The notes under the pieces were generated by a model. The model ran no database searches, was not told where the DNA came from, and saw only the letters and a list, made by a program, of their open reading frames with translations. Position numbers and translations under genes: made by a program. A stretch of DNA of 64,000 bases from Chitinophagaceae bacterium (GTDB lineage: Bacteria; Bacteroidota; Bacteroidia; Chitinophagales; Chitinophagaceae), in contig JASGHP010000001.1 of assembly GCA_047602295.1 (NCBI GenBank), positions 1,800,803-1,864,802 of the forward strand. Reading direction: 5' to 3'. Position 1 is the first letter of the stretch, and each line of letters starts with the position of its first letter. Positions 8,826 through 18,697 of this stretch are shown here, in pieces.

Positions 8826-9485
8826 ATTATTCTGCGGGTTCTTCCATTTTTTATTTAGCCTCTCCAGTGTTCCTTCCACTCTTGTTTTGCGTGTTGCTTC
8901 CTGCTTAGCAGTTACAATCCATTCTACATATTCTTTGCGGTGGCTGTAGGCGAGTGAGTTAAAATATTCCCCGGCTTTTTTATCCTTCTTAAATGCCGCT
9001 GCCAGCTCTTCCGGCAAGCGAACAGTTTTGGTCGCAGGATCTATGTACTTAAGAATGGGTTTGTCTTCTTTCGGTTTATCTTCTTTCTTTTTATCTGCTG
9101 ATGTTTTTAAACGAAATCCAAATGCAGACCAGGTATCATCAAAAGAGATAAGGCTTATCCATGTAAGCGTATCATTGTGCGCCAGCAAAGCATCCCAGCC
9201 TTTATCGCGGGTAAGATCAGTTTGTATTTTAGAGCTGCCTTTTGGATAGTATATCCAACAAATAGTGGAGCCTTTTACCAGTGCTAACACTTTTTTTAAT
9301 TCTTTTTCCATTTGCTTTTTATCCATTACAAACCAATGTACTTGTGTTTGGTTGTTTGCAGTGGTGCTTATTTTTACGCCTTCCGGCAGCTGCCCCATTT
9401 GAAGTTTAAAATTTGCGGGTGCATTTAACGTAAGCAGGCTGTCGCCGGCTTTTATTTTAAATTTTTGAGCTGTGGTACTTGGCAT
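8823..9485 (-). CDS. YdeI/OmpD-associated family protein (DUF1801-like C-terminus)
   Basis: C-terminal YFNSLAYSHRKEYVEWIVTAKQEATRKTRVEGTLERL is typical of YdeI-type domains. The N-terminal half is uncharacterised. Confidence 0.5.
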   Translation of the reverse strand: MPSTTAQKFKIKAGDSLLTLNAPANFKLQMGQLPEGVKISTTANNQTQVHWFVMDKKQMEKELKKVLALVKGSTICWIYYPKGSSKIQTDLTRDKGWDALLAHNDTLTWISLISFDDTWSAFGFRLKTSADKKKEDKPKEDKPILKYIDPATKTVRLPEELAAAFKKDKKAGEYFNSLAYSHRKEYVEWIVTAKQEATRKTRVEGTLERLNKKWKNPQNN

Positions 9486-9529
9486 AAAAAAGTATTTGTA
9501 TAAAGATAAAAAGCCATAGTTGAAATTTG

Positions 9530-10012
9530 CTAACGATTAATCTCTACCAGCAATACCCATGCATCTGTTACTGCTTTAACAAACGAAAAGATAAATGCTG
9601 ATGCTACCCAGTAAAGCCCGGTTTCTTTTGACACCAGCACCATGATTGCACTGATTATATAGATTAGCATTGCTACCTGGTCGAGTATAATGTTGAGAAT
9701 AAAATGCGGCTTGAATTCATGTTTAATTTGTTTTATGGCGCGGAAATCTATCAAAGAAATGATCAGCCAGGAAATAATAGTAAACACCAGCAGCCTGCTG
9801 CCAACAATTGCAAAAGATTCTTTAGGTATCAGCATCATAATAGACACCACCAATATCAGCAACAATAATATCATAGACACCAACGCCCTTTCCGCAAGGC
9901 CTTTCAATGCCAATATTTTTTGCAAGTTGATGGATACACCTACAAATAACAGGCCCGTAAGCGTGGCCGATGCGCTGGCCGTGGCACCAAAAAGTGTATA
10001 CCACTCATTCAT
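9530..10012 (-). CDS. Hypothetical integral membrane protein (about 5 TM helices)
   Basis: 160 aa, strongly hydrophobic, no motif I recognise; 44 nt downstream of the preceding same-strand gene. Confidence 0.5.
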   Translation of the reverse strand: MNEWYTLFGATASASATLTGLLFVGVSINLQKILALKGLAERALVSMILLLLILVVSIMMLIPKESFAIVGSRLLVFTIISWLIISLIDFRAIKQIKHEFKPHFILNIILDQVAMLIYIISAIMVLVSKETGLYWVASAFIFSFVKAVTDAWVLLVEINR

Positions 10013-10163
10013 AAAATATAGTGGGGGAAATTTTTATTGCATCTGAAAGGTATAAAATAATTTCATTTACCTGACGGGTCAAAATGATGCATGGAAGAAT
10101 GTAATACAACTGCACTGCACTCCATGATTTTTCCCTATCTTAAAACCCTAAAACCAATACTGC

Positions 10164-11966
10164 ATGTCCAATTCTCTTTTTCGTACCAAAAAGATAGCGT
10201 CTATACTGGCAGAAGGCCCAGATGATAGTCATGGGGGAGGAGATTTGAAACGTGTGCTCACCCTGCGCGACCTTACTTTTTTTGGTATAGCAGCCATATT
10301 GGGGGCAGGCAGTTTCAGCAGTCTTGGTGGCGCAGTTTTTCATGGAGGCCCGGGTGTTGTGGTTCTTTTTATCATTACCGCTATTGCATGTGCGTTTACC
10401 GCTTTTTGTTATTCAGAATTTGCGAGTCGCATACCTGTTGCCGGTAGCGCTTACACATACGCGTATGCTTCCTTCGGTGAACTCTTTGCCTGGATAATTG
10501 GCTGGGCACTTATCATGGAGTATTCCATCGGTAATATTTATGTGGCATATAGCTGGAGTGATTATTTTACTTCCTTCCTGGAGAAAATACACGTTCACAT
10601 GCCAGCGTATTTGTGCACCAGTTATATGGAAGTAAAACATGCACTGGCAGGTGGCAGCACGGCAGAAGATGTGTTGGATGCATGGAACAATGCACCAACA
10701 ATTGGAAGCGTACGCATTATTTTCGATCTACCGGCGTTAATAATTAATTTGCTTATTACCTACCTGGTATATCGTGGTGTAAAAGAAAGCCGCAACTTCA
10801 GCAATGTAATGGTGGTGTTGAAAATGATTGTAGTAGGATTGGTGATTTTAGTAGGTGGCTATATTATTTTTTCTAAAGGACTTACTTTCAATTGGCTTCC
10901 GGCAAACGATGCAGGTGTACATTCTTTTATGCCTAATGGATTTGGCGGTGTAATGGCTGCAGTAAGCGGTGTGTTCTTTGCTTATATTGGCTTTGATGCA
11001 GTAAGTGTATTGGCAGAAGAAAGCAAAAACCCGCAACGTGATTTGCCAAGAGGAATGATTCTGTCACTTGTAATATGCACTATTGTATATATCCTGCTTA
11101 CACTGGTGCTTACCGGTGCAGTTAATTATAAAGGATTTGATGGAGTAGGAGATCCGCTTGCTTTTATTTTTGAAAAGCAAAACCTTAATGTAAGCTGGAT
11201 GCAGTTTTTTGTTTCCATTGCTGCAGTAATTGCTATGACGAGTGTGTTGCTGGTTTTTCAAATGGGACAGCCACGCATCTGGATGAGCATGAGCCGTGAT
11301 GGTTTATTGCCACCTGTGTTTCAAAAGATACACCCGAAATATAAAACACCTTCTTTCTCTACCATTGTCACAGGGCTGGTAGTAGGTATCCCAATTTTAT
11401 TCACAGATAAAACATTTGTGTTGGATTTTACCAGCATCGCTACTTTGTTTGCTTTTGTATTGGTATGCGGCGGCGTATTGCTCATTCCAAGAAAAGAGAA
11501 GCAGGCCGGCAAATTCAATATTCCTTATATCAACGGGCAGTTTATTTTCCCGGTTATTATTATAGGAGCATTGGTAATAGTTTGCATTTTCAATCCTTCT
11601 TATTTATCGCAATTGTTTCATCTGCCGCTTACCACAGAAGAAGCACAGTCGGCGGTTGCCGGTATAAATCCGCAAAAGACAGACTTAATCAACAATGCTA
11701 TTGACAGTGCTTCTGTTGCAAAAGAAACCATCAATATCTCTACCATTATTTTCTGGATAGTTAGTTTTGTGATGTGCGTGTTTGCGTTCATAAGAAAATA
11801 CTCACTTATTCCATTGCTGGGACTTGTTACATGCCTGTACCTGCTAACTGGTATGACGGCCAGGAACTGGGCATGGTTTGGCAGTTGGCTGGCGTTGGGT
11901 TTGGTGGTTTATTTTTTATACGGCTATAAGAAGAGCAAGTTGTGCGTAGAAACTAAGGGCCCTTAG
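10164..11966 (+). CDS. Amino acid permease (APC superfamily, cationic amino acid transporter-like)
   Basis: 600 aa, about 14 TM helices, N-terminal LTLRDLTFFGIAAILGAGSF and AYIGFDAVSVLAEESKNPQRDLPRG motifs. Confidence 0.8.
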   Translation: MSNSLFRTKKIASILAEGPDDSHGGGDLKRVLTLRDLTFFGIAAILGAGSFSSLGGAVFHGGPGVVVLFIITAIACAFTAFCYSEFASRIPVAGSAYTYAYASFGELFAWIIGWALIMEYSIGNIYVAYSWSDYFTSFLEKIHVHMPAYLCTSYMEVKHALAGGSTAEDVLDAWNNAPTIGSVRIIFDLPALIINLLITYLVYRGVKESRNFSNVMVVLKMIVVGLVILVGGYIIFSKGLTFNWLPANDAGVHSFMPNGFGGVMAAVSGVFFAYIGFDAVSVLAEESKNPQRDLPRGMILSLVICTIVYILLTLVLTGAVNYKGFDGVGDPLAFIFEKQNLNVSWMQFFVSIAAVIAMTSVLLVFQMGQPRIWMSMSRDGLLPPVFQKIHPKYKTPSFSTIVTGLVVGIPILFTDKTFVLDFTSIATLFAFVLVCGGVLLIPRKEKQAGKFNIPYINGQFIFPVIIIGALVIVCIFNPSYLSQLFHLPLTTEEAQSAVAGINPQKTDLINNAIDSASVAKETINISTIIFWIVSFVMCVFAFIRKYSLIPLLGLVTCLYLLTGMTARNWAWFGSWLALGLVVYFLYGYKKSKLCVETKGP

Positions 11967-12075
11967 TTTTTAGCTATTAGCTGCAAGCCGCAAGTATTCG
12001 CGGAAAACTCGGGAACTATGAACCACGAACTAAGAACTATGAACTTTCTCTGCTAACAGCTCACAGCTAGTAGCT
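11964..12075 (+). repeat. Three consecutive 7-nt periodic arrays: TAGnnnn/AAGnnnn (11964-11998), GAACnnn x5 (12013-12047), nnnAGCT x4 (12048-12075)
   Basis: TAG at 11964 (the stop codon), 11971 and 11978 covers three frames. The outer arrays are imperfectly complementary (about 15/20). ttagctgcaagc (11977-11988) is identical to 3066-3077. Confidence 0.8.
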
Positions 12076-12151
12076 GGTTTCTATTTCGTATTTTTGCATT
12101 GTAATCATTCTTTTTAAAATTATAATTCCCCTTTAGGGGCAGGGGTGAAGT

Positions 12152-13174
12152 ATGAAATTCGAAATAGGCGATAAGGTAACCGTGCTGCATTCCAATGAAG
12201 ATGGCGAGGTAATAGACATCATCAACGATAAAATGGTGATGGTAGAAGTGAGGGGCGTAAAATTTCCCGCGTATACAGATCAATTGGATTTTCCTTACTT
12301 TAAACAGTTTACGCAAAAGAAACTGGTACCAGATAAAAAGCCAAAGACGTATATAGACCAGGTGCCCAAAGAAAGAAAAACTATTTCTGCCGTAAAACAT
12401 CCTGAAGGTGTTTGGTTGATGTTCTTACCAAAATTTATAAGCGATGAATTTGGCGACGATATTGTAGATACGCTAAAAGTGCATTTGATAAATGGAAACA
12501 GTACGGCTTATGGTTTTCATTATAAAGTAAACTATGCAGGCGAAACAGGGTTTGATTTAAAAAATGAATTATTGATAAACCAGGATTTCTACCTGCATGA
12601 TATTCCTTTTGATAACCTGAACGATAACCCGGTTTTTGCGTGTGAGTTTACTTTGCTGAACCCAGATAAAAACAAAGCGGAGTATTTTGAAACATCTTTA
12701 AAGTTAAAGGCGCAGCAGTTATTCAAAAAAATTGAAGAGATAAAATTAAAAGGAGAGCCTACGTTCTCTTACAAATTGTTTGATGTATATCCTGCAAGAG
12801 TTGAAGAAGAGAAAATGGATATGTCTAAATTATCTGCTGCGGGCTATAAAGTATATGAAGCTTCCAAAGCAAGGCAACACCTTGCACCTGCCAGAACAGT
12901 TGTAGATCTGCACATAGAAAAAATTACCGACGATTGGAAGCGACTTAGCAATTTTGAAATACTTACACTACAGTTAAAAGAGTTTGAAAAATATTATGAA
13001 CTAGCGGTAGCACACCATCAATCTTCCATTGTATTTATTCACGGGCTTGGCACCGGCAAGCTTCGAAACGAAGTGCATGAACTATTGCGTTTGAAAAAAG
13101 AAGTAAAATATTTTGTCAACCAGTACCATCCGTCTTATGGTCATGGTGCAACAGAAGTTTTTTTTCAATACTGA
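12152..13174 (+). CDS. Smr/MutS2-C-terminal domain protein
   Basis: C-terminal Smr domain (VVDLHIEKI...VFIHGLGTGKLRNEVHELL). N-terminal small beta domain (KFEIGDKVTVLHSNEDGEVIDI). Confidence 0.75.
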   Translation: MKFEIGDKVTVLHSNEDGEVIDIINDKMVMVEVRGVKFPAYTDQLDFPYFKQFTQKKLVPDKKPKTYIDQVPKERKTISAVKHPEGVWLMFLPKFISDEFGDDIVDTLKVHLINGNSTAYGFHYKVNYAGETGFDLKNELLINQDFYLHDIPFDNLNDNPVFACEFTLLNPDKNKAEYFETSLKLKAQQLFKKIEEIKLKGEPTFSYKLFDVYPARVEEEKMDMSKLSAAGYKVYEASKARQHLAPARTVVDLHIEKITDDWKRLSNFEILTLQLKEFEKYYELAVAHHQSSIVFIHGLGTGKLRNEVHELLRLKKEVKYFVNQYHPSYGHGATEVFFQY

Positions 13175-13289
13175 TACCCAGGTTCAATGCCCGGGTCCTC
13201 AATAACCTTCCTGATGACAACAATGATGTGAGAAGCATTGAGAAAACCATCGCTAGCTGAATAATCAACCAATCAACTACCTTTGCGCC

Positions 13290-13648
13290 AACTACCAGCC
13301 GAACTATCGATCTTATGGCAACATAAGGTAGGAAAGTCCGGACAGCATAGAACAATGTACCGGTTAAGCGCCGGGTGATGGAGTAATATCTGTCAACAGA
13401 GAGTGCCACAGAAAATAACTGTCCCAACACTTGTGTCGGGGTGAGGGTGAAAACGTAGGGTAAGAGCCTACGATGCTGTGCAGTAATGTGCAGTGTGGGT
13501 AAACCTTGCATGCTGTAATGCCACGTATACCAGCGCTTGAGGGCTGTTCGTCCGATTGCTGGAGGGTAGGCAGCAAGATCTCTGTAGTAATACAGGGGCC
13601 AGATAAATGATAGTGTAAAAACAAAATCCGGCTTATGAGCTGGTAGTT
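13290..13648 (+). ncRNA. rnpB: RNase P RNA, bacterial class A
   Basis: Conserved blocks GGAAAGTCCGGAC, AGAGTGCCACAGAAA, GGTAAGAGCC, GGGTAAACC and ACAAAATCCGGCTTA. P1 pairs aactaccagc (13290-13299) with gctggtagtt (13639-13648). Confidence 0.9.
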
Positions 13649-13653
13649 ATTTT

Positions 13654-13692
13654 AAACCCGCATAGCTTTCGTTTGAGAAAACTATGCGGGTT
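13654..13692. terminator. Hairpin terminator between convergent rnpB and guaB
   Basis: aacccgcatag (13654-13664) pairs with ctatgcgggtt (13682-13692), followed by tttt. Confidence 0.7.
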
Positions 13693-13723
13693 TTGCATTG
13701 ATGTTATTTATAATTCTCACTGC

Positions 13724-13780
13724 CTACTTATCACTCGCAACTTGCCTTACTTATCACTTAAAATTTACCACTTACAACTA
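13724..13780 (-). repeat. TAAGTnn-type periodic array starting at the guaB stop codon (minus strand)
   Basis: Minus strand reads TAGTTG TAAGTGG TAAATTT TAAGTGA TAAGTAAGG... Stops fall at offsets 0, 6, 13, 20, 27 and 31, which covers all three frames. Confidence 0.75.
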
Positions 13781-15280
13781 TTTGCGTGTATAGTTAGGTG
13801 CTTCCTTGGTGATTTCAATATCATGTGCGTGGCTTTCTTTCATACCAGCGTTGGTAATTTTTATAAACTGTGCATCACTTTTAAGCGTAGCAAGATTGCC
13901 AGCTCCGCAATAGCCCATGCCGGCACGTAAACCGCCTGTGTATTGCTGCACTACTTCGTTTAAATTTCCTTTGTAAGCCACACGGCCTTCAATGCCTTCT
14001 GGTACTAATTTCTTTATATCGTCTTCCACATCCTGGAAATAACGATCACTGCTACCCTGTGCCATTGCACCAATAGAACCCATGCCGCGGTATTCTTTGA
14101 ATTTTCTTCCTTCGTAAATAATTGTTTCGCCAGGGCTTTCTTCCACACCAGCAAAAACGCTTCCCATCATCACCGTATCTGCGCCTGCCGCCAGTGCTTT
14201 TACCATATCGCCAGTATAGCGGATACCACCATCTGCAATTAGGGGAACACCTAAAGGCTTTAATGCACTATATGCTTCCATAATAGCAGTGATTTGTGGC
14301 ACACCTGCACCTGCAACAATACGTGTTGTACAAATAGAACCTGGGCCGATGCCTATTTTTACAGCGTCTGCGCCAGCTTCTGCCAATGCTTTAGCACCTG
14401 CAGCAGTACCCACATTGCCAGCTATAACCTGGAGTTTCTTAAAATTCTTTTTTACATTTTTTAAAGCGTCAATAACGCCTTTGCTGTGTCCATGTGCACT
14501 ATCAAGGCAAACTACATCTACGCCAATTTGTTGCAAAGCAGCAGCACGTGTAAGCATATCGCTGGTAATACCCAACGCAGCACCCACCAGTAAACGACCG
14601 AAACCATCTTTAACAGCATTAGGGTAACTGCTCAGTTGCAGCATATCCCGATAAGTAATCAACCCAACTAATGTGTTGTCTTTTTTTACGACAGGTAGCT
14701 TTTCTATTTTATGTGAGCGTAATATTTTCTCAGCCTTCTTTAAATCTGTTCCTTCAGGTGCAACAATCAGGTTCTCTTTAGTCATTACTTCCTGCACTTT
14801 GCGTTTCTTATCAGTTTCAAAACGCAGATCCCGGTTGGTAAGAATGCCCACCAGGCGATGATTGCTATCAACAATAGGAATGCCGCCGATTTTGTTTTCT
14901 TTCATCAGTTGCATAGCATCTCCAATAGTGGCATCTATGCTAAGTGTAACAGGGTCTATGATCATGCCGCTTTCACTGCGTTTTACTTTACGCACCTGTT
15001 CTACCTGTTGTTCTATGCTCATGTTTTTATGAAGCATGCCAATACCACCTTCACGGGCAAGTGCAATAGCCAGTTGCGCCTCTGTTACAGTATCCATGGC
15101 TGCAGACAGCATGGGTATATTTAAATTGATGGCTTTTGTAAGTTTTGTTTTGATAGACACTTCCCTGGGTAATACCTGTGAGTAGGCTGGAAGCAGGAGT
15201 ACATCATCGAAAGTTAAGCCTTCACCAAAAAATTTTTTACTAAGAGCAGATTTACTAACGGGGTTATTTCTTGTTGCCAT
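13778..15280 (-). CDS. guaB: IMP dehydrogenase
   Basis: CBS pair insertion, catalytic loop [19 protein letters not shown]. The ATG at 15280 is preferred over the TTG that begins the listed ORF at 15286. Confidence 0.95.
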   Translation of the reverse strand: MATRNNPVSKSALSKKFFGEGLTFDDVLLLPAYSQVLPREVSIKTKLTKAINLNIPMLSAAMDTVTEAQLAIALAREGGIGMLHKNMSIEQQVEQVRKVKRSESGMIIDPVTLSIDATIGDAMQLMKENKIGGIPIVDSNHRLVGILTNRDLRFETDKKRKVQEVMTKENLIVAPEGTDLKKAEKILRSHKIEKLPVVKKDNTLVGLITYRDMLQLSSYPNAVKDGFGRLLVGAALGITSDMLTRAAALQQIGVDVVCLDSAHGHSKGVIDALKNVKKNFKKLQVIAGNVGTAAGAKALAEAGADAVKIGIGPGSICTTRIVAGAGVPQITAIMEAYSALKPLGVPLIADGGIRYTGDMVKALAAGADTVMMGSVFAGVEESPGETIIYEGRKFKEYRGMGSIGAMAQGSSDRYFQDVEDDIKKLVPEGIEGRVAYKGNLNEVVQQYTGGLRAGMGYCGAGNLATLKSDAQFIKITNAGMKESHAHDIEITKEAPNYTRK

Positions 15281-15392
15281 GTGCAAAGATAGGGCAGCGA
15301 ATAAATTCGTTCCAAAACTTTTTTATCACCTGCTATAACAGCCTTATGCAGACGTGTTTACAACAATTTACATGCTTAAATGTTACGGTTGT

Positions 15393-16496
15393 TTAAAACA
15401 AACTATACATTTTACCGGGTTGTGTGCGTACAATATTTTGCAGTTCCAGGTTTAGGATGGCAGCAGCAACTGCACTGTTACTAAGATTGCTTTTTAAGCG
15501 AATTTCATCAATATGCAGCTGATCGTTTTCTTTAAGCAGATCTGCAATTGTTTTTTCCGCTGTGCTTAGTTGTACAAATAATTCTTTTTGTATTTTCTTA
15601 GGTTTGTTTGATTGTGCCGTCCATCCCATTATATCTATAATATCCTGGGCACAGGTTAATAGAATGGCTTTATTGTTTTTGATAAGCAAATTGCACCCTG
15701 CGCTTTTGTTGTCTGTTACTTTTCCAGGAAAAGCAAACACGTCCCTGTTATAACTATTGGCCAGCTCTGCAGTTATAATGCTTCCTCCTTTAATGTCTGT
15801 TTCAACAATAACTGTAGCATCGCACATACCAGCTACCACACGGTTTCTTGAAGGGAAATTATGTTTGTCAGGTTTTGTTTTGCTCATAAATTCTGTAAGC
15901 AGACCGCCATTGCCTTTTATCATTTCTTTTGCCAGGACTGCATGTTCAGGGGGATACATTTTATCCAATCCATGTGCTACAACTGCAATGGTAGGTAAAG
16001 AATGTTTTAAAGCTGCTTTGTGCGCTATTGCGTCAATGCCCAGTGCAAGTCCGCTTACAATTGTTACCTGTTGTTCCTGCAAACCTTCAATTAAATTTTC
16101 AGTAAGATGTTTTCCATATTCTGTTTTGCTGCGTGTGCCCACTACAGCAATAATCTTTGATGCATTCAAGTTTGCAACGCCCCGATAATATAACATGGTA
16201 GGAGGGTCTGTACAGTTCAACAACCGTTGCGGATATGCTGCGTCAGCAATAAACAGCGGTTTGATCTTATATTTTTCCAGGAAAGATATTTCTTCTTCGG
16301 CTTTTTTAAAACCTGTAAACTTTTTAATATTTGCAGCTCTTACTTCGCCAATGCCTTCTATACTTTCCAGTAATGTTTTTTTCGATTTAAAAATGGCGCT
16401 GGCACTCCCAAAATGATCTACAAGCAATTTCGCTTGTACAGGGCCTATTTGCGGTACTAAAGTCAGGGCAAGCTGATGCAGCAGTTCGTTCTCCAT
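15393..16496 (-). CDS. dprA: DNA-processing protein DprA (Smf)
   Basis: Rossmann-like DprA core (VVGTRSKTEYG, SGLALGIDAIAHKAAL, NRVVAG) and a C-terminal winged-helix region. Confidence 0.9.
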   Translation of the reverse strand: MENELLHQLALTLVPQIGPVQAKLLVDHFGSASAIFKSKKTLLESIEGIGEVRAANIKKFTGFKKAEEEISFLEKYKIKPLFIADAAYPQRLLNCTDPPTMLYYRGVANLNASKIIAVVGTRSKTEYGKHLTENLIEGLQEQQVTIVSGLALGIDAIAHKAALKHSLPTIAVVAHGLDKMYPPEHAVLAKEMIKGNGGLLTEFMSKTKPDKHNFPSRNRVVAGMCDATVIVETDIKGGSIITAELANSYNRDVFAFPGKVTDNKSAGCNLLIKNNKAILLTCAQDIIDIMGWTAQSNKPKKIQKELFVQLSTAEKTIADLLKENDQLHIDEIRLKSNLSNSAVAAAILNLELQNIVRTQPGKMYSLF

Positions 16497-16632
16497 TCTT
16501 CAAGAGGTAGGGGTTTATAAAGAATGAATGTAAAGAAGTTTTTTTGAGAGGCAATGAATTAAAACATATTATAGAATTATATGCAATGTTGAAGTTGCAA
16601 AAAATTCATGTATTTATTATACGGTGAAAAAA

Positions 16633-18546
16633 TTACAGGTTAAGCACCTTTAATTCAGTACGCCTGTTTTTAGCACGGCCTTCTTCTGTTTTATTATCCG
16701 CCAACGGAACTTTATCGCCCATTCCCTGGAAACTGAGGCGGGCGGCATTAATGCCTTTTGAAGTGATGTAATCAACCACTGCTTTGGCGCGGTTATTCGA
16801 TAACGTTAGATTGTCGGTTGCTTTGCCCGCATTATCTGTATGTCCGCTGATTTGTATTTTAAGTGTGGGATTGTCTTTCATCAGCATTACTACATTGTCT
16901 AACTCTACCTGTGATGAAGGTTTTAATTCAAATTTGTTTACATCAAAGAATATATTTTTAAGCACAATGGCAGCATTGGCTTCCAGCGGTTGCAAAGGGA
17001 TGTCTATATTATAAGTAGAGTCAGGATTTTTTTGGCTCAGCGGAAAATTTTCTGAATAAAAAAGATAGCCTCTCCTGTTCACATTAAATGCATAGTCTTT
17101 TCCAACAGGTAGCGTAATAAGATAATTGCCTGTTTCATCTGTTTGCACTTTGCTGATAGTTGTTTTTGTGGCAAGGTCTGTAAGTTCTACAGCAGACGGC
17201 AAACCTTTATTTGTTTTCTTATCAAACACTTTTCCTTTTATCCATAATGTTTTTATAGGGCGTATATCATTACGCATGTTAAAGGTGTATAGATCCAGCC
17301 CTCCACGAGAGTCTGCACGGTCGCTGGCATAATAAGCTATAGAACCATCTGCTGTAATTACCAGGCTGCCTTCATTTTCTATTGTATTTATGGGATAACC
17401 AAGGTTGTTTGGTGTACTCCATTTGCCGCCAGGCCCTTTGCGTACAAGAAAAAGATCATCTCCACCATAGCCCTGGTGTCCGTTGCTGGTGAAATAAAGT
17501 GTTTGATTATCCGCATGAATAAAAGGACAGCTTTCGTCCCCAATAGTATTTATTTCCGGACCTAAGTTTTCCGGGTCACTCCAGCGGCCTCCTGGCAAAA
17601 GATGGCTTACATAAATATCGCTACCACCATACCCGCCCAGGCGACGGCTGGCAAAATATAAATCGCGTTTGTCTGCAGAAAGGCTGGGCGCAGATTCCCA
17701 CTGATCTGTATTGATGCGGTTGCCCATATTTTCTGCTGCACTCCATCCATCGGGTGTTAAATAAGAAATGTATAGATCGCAACTGCCATAACCTTCCGGG
17801 AAATTGCAACCCGTAAATATCAACCATTGGCCATCTTGTGAAATGCTTTGTGCGCCCTCGTTAAAATTGGTGTTGATATTGCCAGGCAAAGGGGTTGCTT
17901 TTGACCAAACACCATTTGCATTATTTGTTTCATAAAAATCTTCATTCTGATTTCTTACACGACGCGTAAAAATGAGTTGTTTGCTATCAATGGTAAGCGC
18001 CGGAAAGTATTCTGATACAGCAGTATTGATGCTATCTCCAAGATTTGAAGGATTAAAGTGATAGTTGCTGTCTGCGCTTTTATTTTTATAATCTATGGCA
18101 AACTGGTAACTGCGCTGTCTGTATGCAGCGGCTTTGCGACTTCCATCATTCAGGTTAGTAATAGTACTAAAAGTATTAACAGCTTCCAGAGCTTTTTCAA
18201 ACAATCCTTTGCCAGCAAGATTAATAGAATACGGCAGGTTATAGTCTTTAAAATAAAGACTATCTATGCTGCGGGCCTTTTCGTAATAAAAAATGGAGCT
18301 ATCATAATTTTTAAATTCTCCAAACATGCCCGCCAAAGAGAGATAAGCGTCTTCAAAATTTTTATCTATCCCTACTGCCTGGTGCAATAGTTGTATTCCT
18401 CCTTTCAAATCGCCATCCGTGGCAACCTGCAATGCCTGAGAATAAAGTGCAGCCGCCTTTTTATTTACTTTTTCAGGATCGTATTGTTGTGCGCTAAGAC
18501 TACCAGCTGAAATAGTGAATATAATTATGGCGTAGATAAACTTCAT
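16633..18546 (-). CDS. OmpA family protein with N-terminal TPR, TolB-like (PD40) beta-propeller repeats, a CarboxypepD_reg-like domain and a C-terminal OmpA domain
   Basis: Signal peptide, repeated ES.PS.S.D...LYF.S motifs, and a C-terminal SGHTDN.G....N..LS..RA..V..Y OmpA_C signature. Confidence 0.85.
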   Translation of the reverse strand: MKFIYAIIIFTISAGSLSAQQYDPEKVNKKAAALYSQALQVATDGDLKGGIQLLHQAVGIDKNFEDAYLSLAGMFGEFKNYDSSIFYYEKARSIDSLYFKDYNLPYSINLAGKGLFEKALEAVNTFSTITNLNDGSRKAAAYRQRSYQFAIDYKNKSADSNYHFNPSNLGDSINTAVSEYFPALTIDSKQLIFTRRVRNQNEDFYETNNANGVWSKATPLPGNINTNFNEGAQSISQDGQWLIFTGCNFPEGYGSCDLYISYLTPDGWSAAENMGNRINTDQWESAPSLSADKRDLYFASRRLGGYGGSDIYVSHLLPGGRWSDPENLGPEINTIGDESCPFIHADNQTLYFTSNGHQGYGGDDLFLVRKGPGGKWSTPNNLGYPINTIENEGSLVITADGSIAYYASDRADSRGGLDLYTFNMRNDIRPIKTLWIKGKVFDKKTNKGLPSAVELTDLATKTTISKVQTDETGNYLITLPVGKDYAFNVNRRGYLFYSENFPLSQKNPDSTYNIDIPLQPLEANAAIVLKNIFFDVNKFELKPSSQVELDNVVMLMKDNPTLKIQISGHTDNAGKATDNLTLSNNRAKAVVDYITSKGINAARLSFQGMGDKVPLADNKTEEGRAKNRRTELKVLNL

Positions 18547-18566
18547 GAATACGATATTAAAAATGA

Positions 18567-18681
18567 GGTATAAGGTTTAGGGTATAAGGTGTAAGGTCTT
18601 TATTTTTATCTGACTCCTCTGGTTTGAAAGGCCTTAAGCCTTTCTCCTTTGGCCTTCTACTTTTCACCCTTCCTTCAAAGG
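18567..18681. repeat. Pair of complementary 7-nt periodic arrays: GTnTAAG x4 (18567-18598) and CCTTnnn x6-7 (18632-18681)
   Basis: gtataag gtttagg gtataag gtgtaag and ccttaag cctttct cctttgg ccttcta cttttca cccttcc. They lie between the queE stop and the OmpA-family start. Confidence 0.65.
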
Positions 18682-18697
18682 TAAGAAAGCATCCTTT

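Noticed and set aside
13116-13624. Minus-strand ORFs of 131 and 86 aa (13116..13511, 13364..13624)
   Set aside because: They lie antisense within the RNase P RNA gene. Their composition is odd (Leu/Ser/Thr/His-rich) and they have no recognisable motif, so they are spurious.
14289-15124. Several plus-strand ORFs (62-112 aa) inside guaB
   Set aside because: They are antisense to a highly conserved CDS and have Ala/Pro/Ser/Thr-rich mirror composition, which is typical of antisense frames.
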